Assembly (NCBI GenBank): GCA_001792535.1
Contig: MGGS01000013.1
Span: forward strand, 692 to 64,691
DNA length: 64,000 nucleotides
Direction of reading: 5' to 3'
From: Candidatus Woesebacteria bacterium RIFCSPHIGHO2_02_FULL_42_20
GTDB lineage: Bacteria; Patescibacteriota; Microgenomatia; UBA8517
Position 1 is the stretch's first letter. Every line of letters begins with the position of its first letter. Shown here piece after piece: positions 1-10,092 of the stretch. Made by a program: the position numbers and the translations under genes. The notes below the pieces were generated by a model, which saw nothing but the letters and a program-made list of their open reading frames with translations, was not told the origin of the DNA and made no database searches.

Positions 1-428
1 GAGCGAATGGTCATTTTGCGCACTTCGCCCTCGAAGGCGCCGATTTTGACAAAATCTCCGATATTAAAAACGTCTTCCATAATTATGAAAAAGCCGCCAA
101 TGAAATCTTTGACCATAGATTGTGAACCGAATGAAAGGCCGACGCCAAGCACCCCCAACCCGGCGAGTAACGGTCCGATATTTACTCCCCATTGACCCAA
201 AATCATTAAAACTGCAATCAGTAAAATGCCAAAATTAATAATGTTTAAGAGGAGTGAACGAACGGTTTTTGTTTTGGCGAGGCGCTTTTCATTAAAACGA
301 CCAGACACCTTTGCGAAAGCAAATTTTAAAGCGTTTTTTGTGATAAACCGTATGACAAAAGTAGCAACTATGATTCCAGCGGAAGCGGCTATTTTACCGA
401 TGTTTTCGACTATAAAATTACTATTCAT
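1..428 (-). CDS. Small-conductance mechanosensitive channel (MscS family), 3' end runs off window
   Basis: Not in ORF track. Manual translation from ATG 428: MNSNFIVENIG...GVNIGPLLAGLGVLGVGLSFGSQSMVKDFIGGFFIIMEDVFNIGDFVKIGAFEGEVRKMTIR, the typical MscS TM3/beta domain. Confidence 0.85.
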   Translation of the reverse strand, partial: MNSNFIVENIGKIAASAGIIVATFVIRFITKNALKFAFAKVSGRFNEKRLAKTKTVRSLLLNIINFGILLIAVLMILGQWGVNIGPLLAGLGVLGVGLSFGSQSMVKDFIGGFFIIMEDVFNIGDFVKIGAFEGEVRKMTIR

Positions 429-442
429 GCTATTATTGTACC

Positions 443-1123
443 ATGCTTAATAATATTCTCCCCGCCTATAAACTTCCCGGTATGTCCACCTACGACATAA
501 TTAGGTGGTTTAAAAAAGAAACAGGGTTTAAAGGCAAGGTTGGCCACGGAGGAACACTAGACGTTTTTGCAAGTGGCGTTGTGCTGCTTCTTCTTGATCA
601 AGCGACTAAGAGGTTTGCCGATATCCAGAAACTTGAAAAAACTTATTTGGCTGGGGTCAGGCTGGGTGTAGAGTCTACAACATTGGATGTTGAGGGGGAT
701 TTCAGTCGCGAAGCAATAAATAAAGATCTTGCCGTTTCTGATATAAAAGCTGGGCTGGAGAAGTTTAAAGGTGAATTTCTCCAGAGTGTGCCTGCTTATT
801 CTGCGGCCAAGCATCACGGCAAACCGCTTTACGAATTAGCCAGAAAAGGAATAGAAGTCGACAAGAACAAACTAGTAACTATTTATTCGTTGGATATTGT
901 TTCGTTTAAATCACCGCTAATTACCCTAAAAATTGGATGCTCTTCGGGGACCTATGTGAGACAGCTTGCTTATGACATCTTTAACGCTTTGGGGAGCGCA
1001 AGTTTTTTGTACTTTTTAGAGAGGCAAAAAATCGGAAAAATTGATAAAAAGATGTGCGCCGAAGTAGAAGATTTGGCTTCAAACTGGAAGAAACATCTTT
1101 TTGGAGTGGCTGATCTCTTGTAG
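443..1123 (+). CDS. truB: tRNA pseudouridine(55) synthase
   Basis: KVGHGGTLDVFASGV, VPAYSAAKHHGKPLYELAR and CSSGTYVR motifs. Confidence 0.93.
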   Translation: MLNNILPAYKLPGMSTYDIIRWFKKETGFKGKVGHGGTLDVFASGVVLLLLDQATKRFADIQKLEKTYLAGVRLGVESTTLDVEGDFSREAINKDLAVSDIKAGLEKFKGEFLQSVPAYSAAKHHGKPLYELARKGIEVDKNKLVTIYSLDIVSFKSPLITLKIGCSSGTYVRQLAYDIFNALGSASFLYFLERQKIGKIDKKMCAEVEDLASNWKKHLFGVADLL

Positions 1124-1132
1124 AATTTAAGT

Positions 1133-1771
1133 ATGTCTAAAGACAAAGAAAAAAAGGAGCATAAAAAGAGGGTCAAAGCTGTTATTGAGGAAACGCTTGC
1201 CGAACAAAGTACCGTGGAAACGGCAGGTCAAGTGGCCCAAAAAGACGTGGAGCCTAATCTGAAGGAAGCCGATGACAGACCGCACCCCAATGTTGTTAAA
1301 TTGTTTGCAATTGCATTTGCCTCGATGGTCTTTGTCGCAGTCATATCCGGAGCTGTTTATACTTATCTTAATGGTGTTAGTTCTTTAAGAACTGAAGGAG
1401 TGACGCCTACGTCTACGCCACACCCAGAGGATAAAGAGCCTTTGACAGGGACCCCCGGGCCAGCTCCTACACTCAAGGAACAAGTTGACTTGTCAGTCTA
1501 TAAACTTGTTGTTTTGAACGGCAGCGGAAAAATCGGAGTTGCCTCGCAAGCTAAGTCAGACTTAGCCAAAGCTGGTTTTGTGTCTATTAGCACAAATAAT
1601 GCCGGTGCTTTCGACTTTGCTGAAACTTTGGTGTCCGCCAAGGAAAGCGTGCCCGAGTCCGTGAAAAGTTTGGTTAAGGGAACTCTTTCGAAAAGTTATG
1701 CTGTGGCAGATGGTGAAGCGTTACCGCCCGCCTCCGGTTTTGATATCGAAATTACTTTAGGATCGAAGTAG
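1133..1771 (+). CDS. Membrane-anchored LytR C-terminal domain protein
   Basis: Single TM, Pro/Thr linker, VVLNGSGKIGVA...DIEITLG LytR_C pattern. Confidence 0.75.
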   Translation: MSKDKEKKEHKKRVKAVIEETLAEQSTVETAGQVAQKDVEPNLKEADDRPHPNVVKLFAIAFASMVFVAVISGAVYTYLNGVSSLRTEGVTPTSTPHPEDKEPLTGTPGPAPTLKEQVDLSVYKLVVLNGSGKIGVASQAKSDLAKAGFVSISTNNAGAFDFAETLVSAKESVPESVKSLVKGTLSKSYAVADGEALPPASGFDIEITLGSK

Positions 1772-2456
1772 GATTGATAGGTACACCGTTTTCGATAATT
1801 TCAAAGTGCAAATGATCCCCAAATGCCCGGCCGGAGGAACCCATTTCGCCAATTTGTGTGTATAAATCCACTTCTTGACCTTCTTTAACCTTGATTGTGG
1901 ACAAATGTGCATAGCGGGATATAATCCCGTTCCCGTGATTTACGATGACCGAGTTTCCGTAGCCGATTCTGGAATAAGTAATGTTTTCTACTATTCCCGT
2001 CATTACGGGTCTGATAACGTCTCCTGTGATTCCGTCGAGATCAACCCCCGGGTGGAAAAAATGGTATCCTTGTGTGATTCTTATAGTTTCGACTGGGTAC
2101 TGAATGCCGCTTTTAGTTACTAATGGTTCGCTGCTAGTCACATACAGTTCTTCCTCGAGGCTTGAACCTAAAGCAGTATTTGAAGTAAAGAGGGACCCGG
2201 TAATGAGCGCAAATGCCAGGTTTCCGCCAAGGATCTTGTTTATTTTACTGTGCTCAAAAATGTGCCTGAAAAACCTAGAGACGATATTGCCTCCACGAAA
2301 TCTTCGAAGATGTTTCATTTTTGGAATGAAGGGAAATTCGCGTACATTGACCTTTCGCCTTTTAATTACCTTTAAGTTTAAAATAAGGCGATATTTGGGC
2401 AGATTAAAGGAATAATTTAACATTAAAAAATCCCGATTATCTCGGGAAGTCGCCAA
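1752..2456 (-). CDS. M23 family metallopeptidase
   Basis: HPGVD, YAHL and HLHFEI motifs; true start may lie downstream. Confidence 0.9.
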   Translation of the reverse strand: MATSRDNRDFLMLNYSFNLPKYRLILNLKVIKRRKVNVREFPFIPKMKHLRRFRGGNIVSRFFRHIFEHSKINKILGGNLAFALITGSLFTSNTALGSSLEEELYVTSSEPLVTKSGIQYPVETIRITQGYHFFHPGVDLDGITGDVIRPVMTGIVENITYSRIGYGNSVIVNHGNGIISRYAHLSTIKVKEGQEVDLYTQIGEMGSSGRAFGDHLHFEIIENGVPINPTSILK

Positions 2457-2501
2457 TTATATCCTATAATAACTTGAAAAGTCAAGTTCAGTGATGTTTT
2501 T

Positions 2502-3440
2502 TCATACACCGGCTACTGACACTCCGGTATAGAGAATGAAAATCATCGCTAGTGTCCAGAGGATAACCGATGCCACTAGTGACACATCGGTTAAAAGCAG
2601 TTTTTCGGGTGCTTCGCTTCTGCCTTCAAAAATTAATTTCTGATACCTCATTATTCCGAATATTACTATTGGAATAGTGATCATAAGTAGTTTGTTTATT
2701 GTTGTGGTTCTTGAAATCTCGGCTAAAAGTAGCCAAATAGGAAGTGACGCCTTGGGTGACTCAAAGAAAGTAAACAGTGCCCAGCTCATCCAAGACGCGT
2801 TGCCAAACATAGTAACATAAGAGTTTAGTAATTCCTTCTGGTAGTGATTGAGGCTTTTTCTGGTTTCAAGCTTGGTTGCCTTTACAAAATTCAACTCGGC
2901 CCGGCGCTTGCCTGAGGCTAAAAATAGCGCTGTCGAGACGACACAGAGGAGAAACCACACGGAAAGATGAGCGTCGATGACTACGGCACCTGCATAGACT
3001 CTAATGATAAATCCCGATGCAATGATCAAAATGTCAGCGACAGCGATATTTTTGATCCCCAATGAATAAATGAGCTGTAAAAAAAGGTAGCCCAAAATGA
3101 GGGCAAAGAAAAGATCTCCTGCCCTGTTTGCCATGAAAAGCGATAAAAAAGCCAAAATGGCAGCAATGCTAGTGGCAACAGTCGGTGAAACCGTATTTGC
3201 CGCGACAGGTCTATTTTTTTTGGTGGGGTGGAGCTTGTCGTTTTTGGCGTCTAAGACGTCGTTAAAAACGTAAGTAGCGCTGGCGGCAATGCTAAAAACG
3301 ATGAAAGCGTAGAATGAGAAAACAAACAAATTTCTATCTAAGAGTGAACCACTAAAAAGGAGGGCAGCAAAAACCGATAAGTTTTTGATCCAATGAATTG
3401 GGCGGGTCAGCTTTATTATTTCGATCGGTAAGTAAGCCAT
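2502..3440 (-). CDS. UbiA-family decaprenyl-phosphate phosphoribosyltransferase-like protein
   Basis: RPIHWIKN, NDVLDAKNDKLHPTKKNRPVA and GKRRAEL motifs; multiple TMs. Confidence 0.85.
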   Translation of the reverse strand: MAYLPIEIIKLTRPIHWIKNLSVFAALLFSGSLLDRNLFVFSFYAFIVFSIAASATYVFNDVLDAKNDKLHPTKKNRPVAANTVSPTVATSIAAILAFLSLFMANRAGDLFFALILGYLFLQLIYSLGIKNIAVADILIIASGFIIRVYAGAVVIDAHLSVWFLLCVVSTALFLASGKRRAELNFVKATKLETRKSLNHYQKELLNSYVTMFGNASWMSWALFTFFESPKASLPIWLLLAEISRTTTINKLLMITIPIVIFGIMRYQKLIFEGRSEAPEKLLLTDVSLVASVILWTLAMIFILYTGVSVAGV

Positions 3441-4447
3441 AAGAGTAGTCCACCTACAAAGAACGCGACTCCCACAATTGTATATAACTTAAGGTTTGCA
3501 TTCAAACTCAAAGAGATCACGCCCAAAAGCGCAGTTACTAACCAATAGAAAAGGGCAACTTTTCTTTTGCTCCATCCCGAGTCGAGCAGTTTGTGGTGAA
3601 GGTGACCCCTGTCTCCCCAAACGGGGGATTTTCCGGAAAGTACTCTTCGTACTATGGTGTACCCGGTATCGATTATGGGTACACCCAAAACAACAGCCAG
3701 GGTCCCAACTTTAGTCGTTGAAAGTATCGAGAGGATGGCAAGCATAAAACCTGCGAGGTTTGACCCTGCAAAAGACGGCATGATTTTTTGGGGATAAATA
3801 TGCCAAGGAAGGAAACCAAGAAAGGCTCCGGCGGTAATTGACGCGAGAATAATTACAGGCCACTGTGCAATATCGGCCGAGAACTTGAGAGAAAGAATAC
3901 CGATAAAGATTGCCGCTATGGCGACGGTTCCAGACAGTTGTCCGTCAACTCCTTTTGCTCCCATATTAAGTATGTTCATTAAAAATACTATCCAAAAGAT
4001 TGCGAAAATGTCGGCGAGAATAGGGTATTTGGATAGGTCGATTATGCCCGTTCCAAAGGGGTTATTAATAAAATTTATTCCGATGCCCGCAAGTATAGGA
4101 ATAGTCGCGGCGACTAACTGAGCTAGAAGCCTGAAGTAAGGATTGATGTCATATTTGTCATCGAGAATTCCTATGATGGTGATGAAAGTGGCAGCCAAGA
4201 GAATTGCTTGGATGTGGCTGTCTAAAGGTAGAAAGGAAGCTATGGCGAGCGCTAAGGCGATGAAAATTGCCAGCCCTCCACCGCGTGGGACAGGATATGT
4301 GTGGATGGTCTTGGGGTGAGTTGTTTTTTTAGGATCGTCGATAATGCCGATTTTCCAGGCAAACTTAATTACAACAGGTGTGGTTACGAAGGCGAGGAAG
4401 AAAGCCAATAGAACCGGGTTTATAAAGAGTCGGACAAAGTTGTTCAT
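3416..4447 (-). CDS. Polyprenyl-phosphate N-acetylhexosamine-1-phosphate transferase (WecA/TagO, MraY-like)
   Basis: PRGGG, GILDD, GVDGQ and DRGHLHH motifs. Confidence 0.88.
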   Translation of the reverse strand: MNNFVRLFINPVLLAFFLAFVTTPVVIKFAWKIGIIDDPKKTTHPKTIHTYPVPRGGGLAIFIALALAIASFLPLDSHIQAILLAATFITIIGILDDKYDINPYFRLLAQLVAATIPILAGIGINFINNPFGTGIIDLSKYPILADIFAIFWIVFLMNILNMGAKGVDGQLSGTVAIAAIFIGILSLKFSADIAQWPVIILASITAGAFLGFLPWHIYPQKIMPSFAGSNLAGFMLAILSILSTTKVGTLAVVLGVPIIDTGYTIVRRVLSGKSPVWGDRGHLHHKLLDSGWSKRKVALFYWLVTALLGVISLSLNANLKLYTIVGVAFFVGGLLLWLTYRSK

Positions 4448-4465
4448 CTATTTAGATTGGTCATC

Positions 4466-4822
4466 TTAAAAATTACCCACAAGCGAAAGAGTTTTATAAA
4501 CGGCGAAGGCTGCCATGACCGAGGTGACGGCAACCGTACTGGTGAGCAATTTTTGTAAAAATTTATCTTTGATTATCTTTGCAACCCCAACGTTTACCAT
4601 CGTTGCAATTAAGGCGGTGGCAGGTGGTAAAACCAGGTATATTTTAGGTAAAAGTTGTTCGTTCCCCCTGGGCTTCCCGTAAAAAAGCGGTATCTCGGGG
4701 GGAAGGTTGTTTTGGAAAAGTAAACTGACAAAGATTGCAAGCGAGTCAATTGCCAGGCTCAGTGTGACAATTCTTTTAAACGGCAAGCCGCTTGCAACTA
4801 ATTTACGATCAGTGTTTTTCAC
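4466..4822 (-). CDS. Small membrane protein (DUF1648-like)
   Basis: 3 TMs; LPPEIPLFYGKPRG pattern. Confidence 0.55.
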   Translation of the reverse strand: MKNTDRKLVASGLPFKRIVTLSLAIDSLAIFVSLLFQNNLPPEIPLFYGKPRGNEQLLPKIYLVLPPATALIATMVNVGVAKIIKDKFLQKLLTSTVAVTSVMAAFAVYKTLSLVGNF

Positions 4823-6318
4823 TCTTGGTGGATTTTACCTCGACTTTGTTGTAAGTACCAAATTTCCGCCGTCTGAATGGTTTTTATTTTTATAAAGTTT
4901 TGTTTTAGAAATTGGTTTAGTTGAGGAAAACTGTCTGCCTCGCTTAGTACGACCACGGCTTTAGGGGGGTTAGCAGCCAGATCAATTAAAACTGTTTCGG
5001 GTGAATAAAAATCCTTTACGTGATAATCTGCTACATATTTTATTGGCGGGAGCCTTTTGGCAAGGGCGTAAATTGTTGATGTGCTGCCCCAGACAAAAAT
5101 TCTGTCGTACCGGTCCGTTATAGTAGTTAGAAACTGCGCTACTTCATAGTCTCGTGGTGTATTGGAGTCAAAATTCTTGAGGTAATCGTTTATGGTTACT
5201 TTGCTTGTAGCAAATTCAAAGAAGCGGTTATAGTAACTTGAGGTGGAGTAATACCAAAACTTAAAATAAAATGGGACGACTGCAAATAGCGAGAGCGGGA
5301 TAATTGAGTAAACCTGTTCTTTCTTTGGCGAAGTTGCCAATAATGCAACCAACAGAGAAAGGGGTGGTACCGTTTGCATTAAATAATGGGGGTAGGGCCG
5401 CTCGGAAAGAGTTGCCGCAAAAAGCGTGAAGACAAGCCAAACAGTAGCAAAAGTAAAAGTAAGCGACAGTTTTTTGCGAAGAAGGTAAAGAGTAACCGTT
5501 ACAATTAATACAATTAAGCCACGAATAAGAATGGGTGCGTTACGCTCTAAAAACGGCGCTTGCGTTTCATCTGGCCTCCAGGAAGATAAATATCCGACGT
5601 TTTGAGCAAAAGCGGCGCTTATATATTGGCTTAATCCGCCCCGAAAATAATACCAAGCGAAAGTTAGAAGTATAGGGGTTGCAAACCCGATGGCTAATGG
5701 AAGAGCTTTTCTTGCAGTATTAAGTAGTCCTTTAATGTTAAACGTCTCTTTAAATAGCCAAATTATAATAATTACAGGCAGATCAAAGGCAGCTGGGATT
5801 TTAAACAGTGTTGCAAGCGAAAATAAAGCTCCGGCGATTAGTATTTTTTGAGTATTTAGTTTTCCGGCCAAGAGTAGTAGAAAAGCAGCAACACTTAGTC
5901 CAATCATAAAAACTTCGGAATTGGCTATTTGACCTTCAAAAAGCGGGATTGTAGACAAAAGTGCAAAAACAAACGTGGCAACTTTTTGAGCCTTCAAGTT
6001 TTTGGGAAAGAGCCTTTTGGTAAGTTGCCAGAAAATTACGATGTAGACTATATTCCAAAGCGCAAGGATCATTCTAAACCAAAAAACGCTTCCGGCAATT
6101 GCAGCAAGGACATAAAGGAGAGGCGGTTTGTTGTCATGGATGTCGCGGTAAAGCACCAAGCCTTGGCGTATTCCTTCTCCCAGAGTTAAATAAATCATTT
6201 CATCGCCATAAGCGTAGGGCTCAAAAAAAGAGGGAATTCGAAGAATAAAAACCAAAACTAGTGTCGCAATTAACCAATTGGGTAGCGAGGCACCGACGAT
6301 TTTTTTGAGGAGTTTCAT
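4819..6318 (-). CDS. GT-C fold glycosyltransferase (ArnT/PMT-like)
   Basis: GDE loop, YRDIHDNKPPLLY, many TMs, YPHY motif. Confidence 0.75.
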   Translation of the reverse strand: MKLLKKIVGASLPNWLIATLVLVFILRIPSFFEPYAYGDEMIYLTLGEGIRQGLVLYRDIHDNKPPLLYVLAAIAGSVFWFRMILALWNIVYIVIFWQLTKRLFPKNLKAQKVATFVFALLSTIPLFEGQIANSEVFMIGLSVAAFLLLLAGKLNTQKILIAGALFSLATLFKIPAAFDLPVIIIIWLFKETFNIKGLLNTARKALPLAIGFATPILLTFAWYYFRGGLSQYISAAFAQNVGYLSSWRPDETQAPFLERNAPILIRGLIVLIVTVTLYLLRKKLSLTFTFATVWLVFTLFAATLSERPYPHYLMQTVPPLSLLVALLATSPKKEQVYSIIPLSLFAVVPFYFKFWYYSTSSYYNRFFEFATSKVTINDYLKNFDSNTPRDYEVAQFLTTITDRYDRIFVWGSTSTIYALAKRLPPIKYVADYHVKDFYSPETVLIDLAANPPKAVVVLSEADSFPQLNQFLKQNFIKIKTIQTAEIWYLQQSRGKIHQE

Positions 6319-6340
6319 TGTTAATTGAGTTTAGCAGGTA

Positions 6341-7693
6341 TTATCTTGCCAGCAAAATAAACTTTAATTCGCCAAACTCCTTAACAAGGCCTTGCCTATA
6401 GTTTTCGATTTTAACTTCGTCGGGGTTTCCGCTGGTTATAACACCCACCCGAAAGGTTTTTTTGGGAATATCGTTTACAATGTCGTTTTCAGTCATTTGA
6501 GCCGTTCCTACATAAAAAGGCAACTCGGCTCCGCTTGGGACGTATAAAGGAGCTTCTAATTTATAGTATTTTGTTTCCCAAATGTGATGGGCGGCAGCAT
6601 TCCAATTAATGAGAAAGTCGTCGCCGCGTTTGACCTCGTGGATATATTGGGCGAGTTCCCGAAAAGGTCTCTTTGTGGGGTGGACGAAATATTGGTAGTC
6701 GACGAAGACGAATACTATTAGCAAAATACCCAATAAGACACCCGAGACTTTTCTGGTATTGGTTGCAAGCAAGATCATCGCGGCAGGGATTGTGTAGAGT
6801 AGGTAGCGGTCGAAAAAGATCGACTGAAATTTTTGGGAGACTGACCAGGTGAGCACTATTGGTCCCAAAAACCAGGAGAGCAAAAAGGTTGATTTGGCGA
6901 CGTTTGTGCCCCACCGTCGCACAATATATGTGGTATATGTTAAATACAGCCCGTAGCGTGCTAATTTATTTGGCAACCCCTCCGCGATATATTTTTGTAT
7001 GAGTCCGCGCAGGTCGGTTAGATTTGGTGTTGCGAGCCAGAACCCGGAGCCGACGAGTGTTGTTTGGTAATAAAGTGCAGACAGCCAGGGTGCGTAAATT
7101 AAGCCGATTGCCAGATATGACTTAAATATATTAAACGCCGTCTTTCTATGTCCCCAAACTGCAACTTTTACGAACCATAAGCCTTGGATAAATATGGCAA
7201 ATAGTGCAAAATGATGGCTGTAGAGTGCCCAGGAAGTACCAATAACATACCCCAAATAATCTTTGAAACTTGCTCGCTTTCGTACTCTTCCAAGCGTGTC
7301 GGTTTTTGGAAAAATTATTTTTGCAAAAAAATACATCGATATAGTGACACCGGCAGCTAGTATCGAATACATCCGGCCCTCAAATGCATACTGGAAGAAG
7401 AAGGGATTAAAAAAGGTAAAAGCGGTGGCTAAGATTGCGGCTCTTCGATTCCATAGCAAGGCCGTAATTTTATAAACGAAAAAGATAGCAACACAATAGT
7501 AAACAAATGACAGCGCTCTTATTGCCACTTCCCCGTCGCCGAATATTTTATACCAGTAGTGAAGCGTGAGGTTATACAGCGGTGGGCTGGTGTCACGGCT
7601 GATTATTTCCAAAATTTTCGGTACGGAATTTCTTGAAAGTACAGCGCTAAACGCTTCGTCCCCCCAAAGGCTTTGATTGAATACAGTTTGCAT
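6341..7693 (-). CDS. GT-C fold glycosyltransferase (family 39/ArnT-like)
   Basis: SLWGDEAFS, DTSPPLY, EGRMYS and RYLL motifs. Confidence 0.8.
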   Translation of the reverse strand: MQTVFNQSLWGDEAFSAVLSRNSVPKILEIISRDTSPPLYNLTLHYWYKIFGDGEVAIRALSFVYYCVAIFFVYKITALLWNRRAAILATAFTFFNPFFFQYAFEGRMYSILAAGVTISMYFFAKIIFPKTDTLGRVRKRASFKDYLGYVIGTSWALYSHHFALFAIFIQGLWFVKVAVWGHRKTAFNIFKSYLAIGLIYAPWLSALYYQTTLVGSGFWLATPNLTDLRGLIQKYIAEGLPNKLARYGLYLTYTTYIVRRWGTNVAKSTFLLSWFLGPIVLTWSVSQKFQSIFFDRYLLYTIPAAMILLATNTRKVSGVLLGILLIVFVFVDYQYFVHPTKRPFRELAQYIHEVKRGDDFLINWNAAAHHIWETKYYKLEAPLYVPSGAELPFYVGTAQMTENDIVNDIPKKTFRVGVITSGNPDEVKIENYRQGLVKEFGELKFILLAR

Positions 7694-7700
7694 AATTTAA

Positions 7701-8861
7701 CTATTTTGGGTACCAAACAAGGTATGTTCTTAGTGAATCCCACTCATCCTCTGATAAGTCGTTAAAAAAGTTGGAATAAATTTCATCCGAGCATAGGACT
7801 TTTTCAACATTTTTGCCGCTTTCCCAAACGAACCAGCAATCATTGAAAAAGGGATTGTATATAGTGTGATCAAAAAAGATTCTGCCGCCGGCATCGGCCA
7901 AAAGAAAAGGAGCCAGGTAGTCAGAAACATAATTTCCCTCCGGCTTTACGCGATTAAAATATAGGTTGTTAGAATAGTGTTCTTCAGCCACGTTATAAAT
8001 TGTGTAAACATAGTTTTCCTTGGTAGGTTCCAGTTGGAGGGGTAAAAGGCCGAAATTCCAGAAACGCTCTATACTGGTTGAAAAGTGGGTAGTAACTTTT
8101 CCTTTTAGAATCGTTTGGGCACCGGTATTTATATCAAGCACGACATCTTTGGTCCCCGTCAGTAATACTTTATTTTGTTTCAGCGAGCCGACAGCGCCGA
8201 AGTAGTAATAAGTTTTTGTAGCCGGTAGTGGGAGGCTGGAAATGTTTTTGTACTCCTGATAATCGTAAATTTGGATTTTGTTTAGATTGCAACTTGAAGA
8301 GTCTGTTATTGAAGGCGTGTTTGTTGACACAAGAAGCAGATGGTTTTCGATGCCCCAGTCGATAACGTCTATCTTTCCGCAATCGCCGCCGATTCTGAAT
8401 TCAGCTAGCTTTTCAGGCCCGTGAGTTTTCAAGTCATATCCCCAAACTTCCTGTTTGTTTTTTTCCCATTCCAGGACAGACAGTATAACCAATGGATAGT
8501 ATCTTTCAGTTTCTAACTCAATCTCTACATAGGCGTCTGAGGGTTTATTGGCTACTTTTTTGAACTCTGTCGTATCAATCTCTTTTCGCCTTAGTGAAAC
8601 TTCTTTTTCGTATTCAAAATAGGGGTGGGAAAACGCAGCGCGCGTTAATTTTCTGGTTTCTACATTCAGTTCCCAGTACGTTTCGTTTTTATCATATTCT
8701 CCCACTGGTTTTGATCCGAGCCCAGTATCTGTATAAAAAACCGCAGTCTCTTCGGTGGAAGTGGGTGTAGCGATGCCGTTATTTTTGTTGGCAATGAGAA
8801 AAATAATGGCAAGAAAGACAATGATCAAAATTGGGATTAGAATAAACCCCCTTTGCTTCAT
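7701..8861 (-). CDS. Hypothetical exported protein with prepilin-like N-terminus
   Basis: MKQRGFILIPILIIVFLAII N-terminus followed by a beta-rich body. Confidence 0.55.
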   Translation of the reverse strand: MKQRGFILIPILIIVFLAIIFLIANKNNGIATPTSTEETAVFYTDTGLGSKPVGEYDKNETYWELNVETRKLTRAAFSHPYFEYEKEVSLRRKEIDTTEFKKVANKPSDAYVEIELETERYYPLVILSVLEWEKNKQEVWGYDLKTHGPEKLAEFRIGGDCGKIDVIDWGIENHLLLVSTNTPSITDSSSCNLNKIQIYDYQEYKNISSLPLPATKTYYYFGAVGSLKQNKVLLTGTKDVVLDINTGAQTILKGKVTTHFSTSIERFWNFGLLPLQLEPTKENYVYTIYNVAEEHYSNNLYFNRVKPEGNYVSDYLAPFLLADAGGRIFFDHTIYNPFFNDCWFVWESGKNVEKVLCSDEIYSNFFNDLSEDEWDSLRTYLVWYPK

Positions 8862-8874
8862 GACTTAAATATAA

Positions 8875-9153
8875 CAAAAATTTAGTACAATTGGAGAGAT
8901 TCTTGTTGTAACTCATCGCGGCCACAAAACCGATCAAAAATTGGCGAAAAGTGAGTACAGGATTTATAGAGTTAAAGACGAACCAAAATTAGTCGACCAA
9001 CTGCATTTAGAACTTGCGATAGGAGAAAGCGATTGGCAAGGCTATTTACTCCCAACCGGTTTTCCCAAGGACTAAAAAGCCAAAAGCAGAATTGTTCCTA
9101 CAAACGAGTTAATATCTCCTAATTCGAAGGTAGTTGCTCCTTGCCGCCTCTAA
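8875..9153 (+). pseudogene. Startless gene remnant with an internal stop
   Basis: Frame GEILVVTHRGHKTDQKLAKSEYRIY...WQGYLLPTGFPKD* continues in frame after TAA 9073-9075 as KAKSRIVPTNELIS; no start codon. Confidence 0.3.
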
Positions 9154-9197
9154 AAATAAAGTGGTAAACTGTGGTAAACTACAGTTACTATTAAGTT

Positions 9198-10058
9198 ATG
9201 GGGGTAATTGCAGGGTTACTGGCGATGTCTTTCTGGGGAACGGCTATTTTTTTGGCCGCACTTGCTTCTCGTAAATTAGGAAACGTATTGACTCTTTTTT
9301 GGATGCAGCTTTTCGGGTTTCTGGTTGGTCTTGCTTACTTTCTATTCAACTTAAATTCATTTACTTTTTCTAGAATTTCTCAAAACGCACCGGTCTTACT
9401 TTTAGTGGCAGTGTTTCAGGTAATTGCCTATCTTGGTTTTTACAAAGGACTGGAAAAAGCAGAAGTTTCCTTGGTTGGTCCGGTTGGTGCAGCTTGGGGA
9501 TTGGTTGTCGCAATCTTAGGTGTAATATTTTTGAAGGAGGTCTTAAGTACCCCTCAACTTTTAGCAATAGGACTTATTATTGTTGGTATTATACTCCTTT
9601 CGGTTAATATAAAGGATTTAGTAAGTTCTAAAAAAGTTAATCTTTTGGTTGGTGTTAAAGAGGGGGTTATTGCAATGCTGGGGTGGGGAATATCGCTATA
9701 TCTTTTGGTCTTTCCAAGCAAAGACTTGGGGTGGTTTTTACCGACAATAACTTTCCGTTTTATGGTATTAGTAATTTTGGTAGGATATATTCTTTTTTCA
9801 AAGGGAATTTTCGTTCCAGATAAAAAGAAGTTTCCAATAAAACTTCTTTTAGCAATCGGCTTTTTTGATATTGGTGGATTTTTTGCTTATTCATTTGGAG
9901 TGGCAGGAATACAAGCTTCTATAGTCGCCCCGATCGGTAGTGCTTTTGCACTGGTATCTGTGCTTTTGGCTAAAGTATTTTTAAAAGAGAAGATTGACCA
10001 ATATAAGACAGTTGGAATATTGGCTATTGTGGGCGGGTTAGTTCTCATGTTCGTTTAA
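9198..10058 (+). CDS. DMT/EamA family transporter
   Basis: Two EamA repeats (FLKE motifs), about 10 TMs. Confidence 0.88.
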   Translation: MGVIAGLLAMSFWGTAIFLAALASRKLGNVLTLFWMQLFGFLVGLAYFLFNLNSFTFSRISQNAPVLLLVAVFQVIAYLGFYKGLEKAEVSLVGPVGAAWGLVVAILGVIFLKEVLSTPQLLAIGLIIVGIILLSVNIKDLVSSKKVNLLVGVKEGVIAMLGWGISLYLLVFPSKDLGWFLPTITFRFMVLVILVGYILFSKGIFVPDKKKFPIKLLLAIGFFDIGGFFAYSFGVAGIQASIVAPIGSAFALVSVLLAKVFLKEKIDQYKTVGILAIVGGLVLMFV

Positions 10059-10092
10059 TTACTCTCTTTGCTTATTGTAATATAATTCGGCC

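Noticed and set aside
9161-9180. 10-bp tandem duplication GTGGTAAACT
   Set aside because: Only two copies; likely slippage over a promoter with no further support
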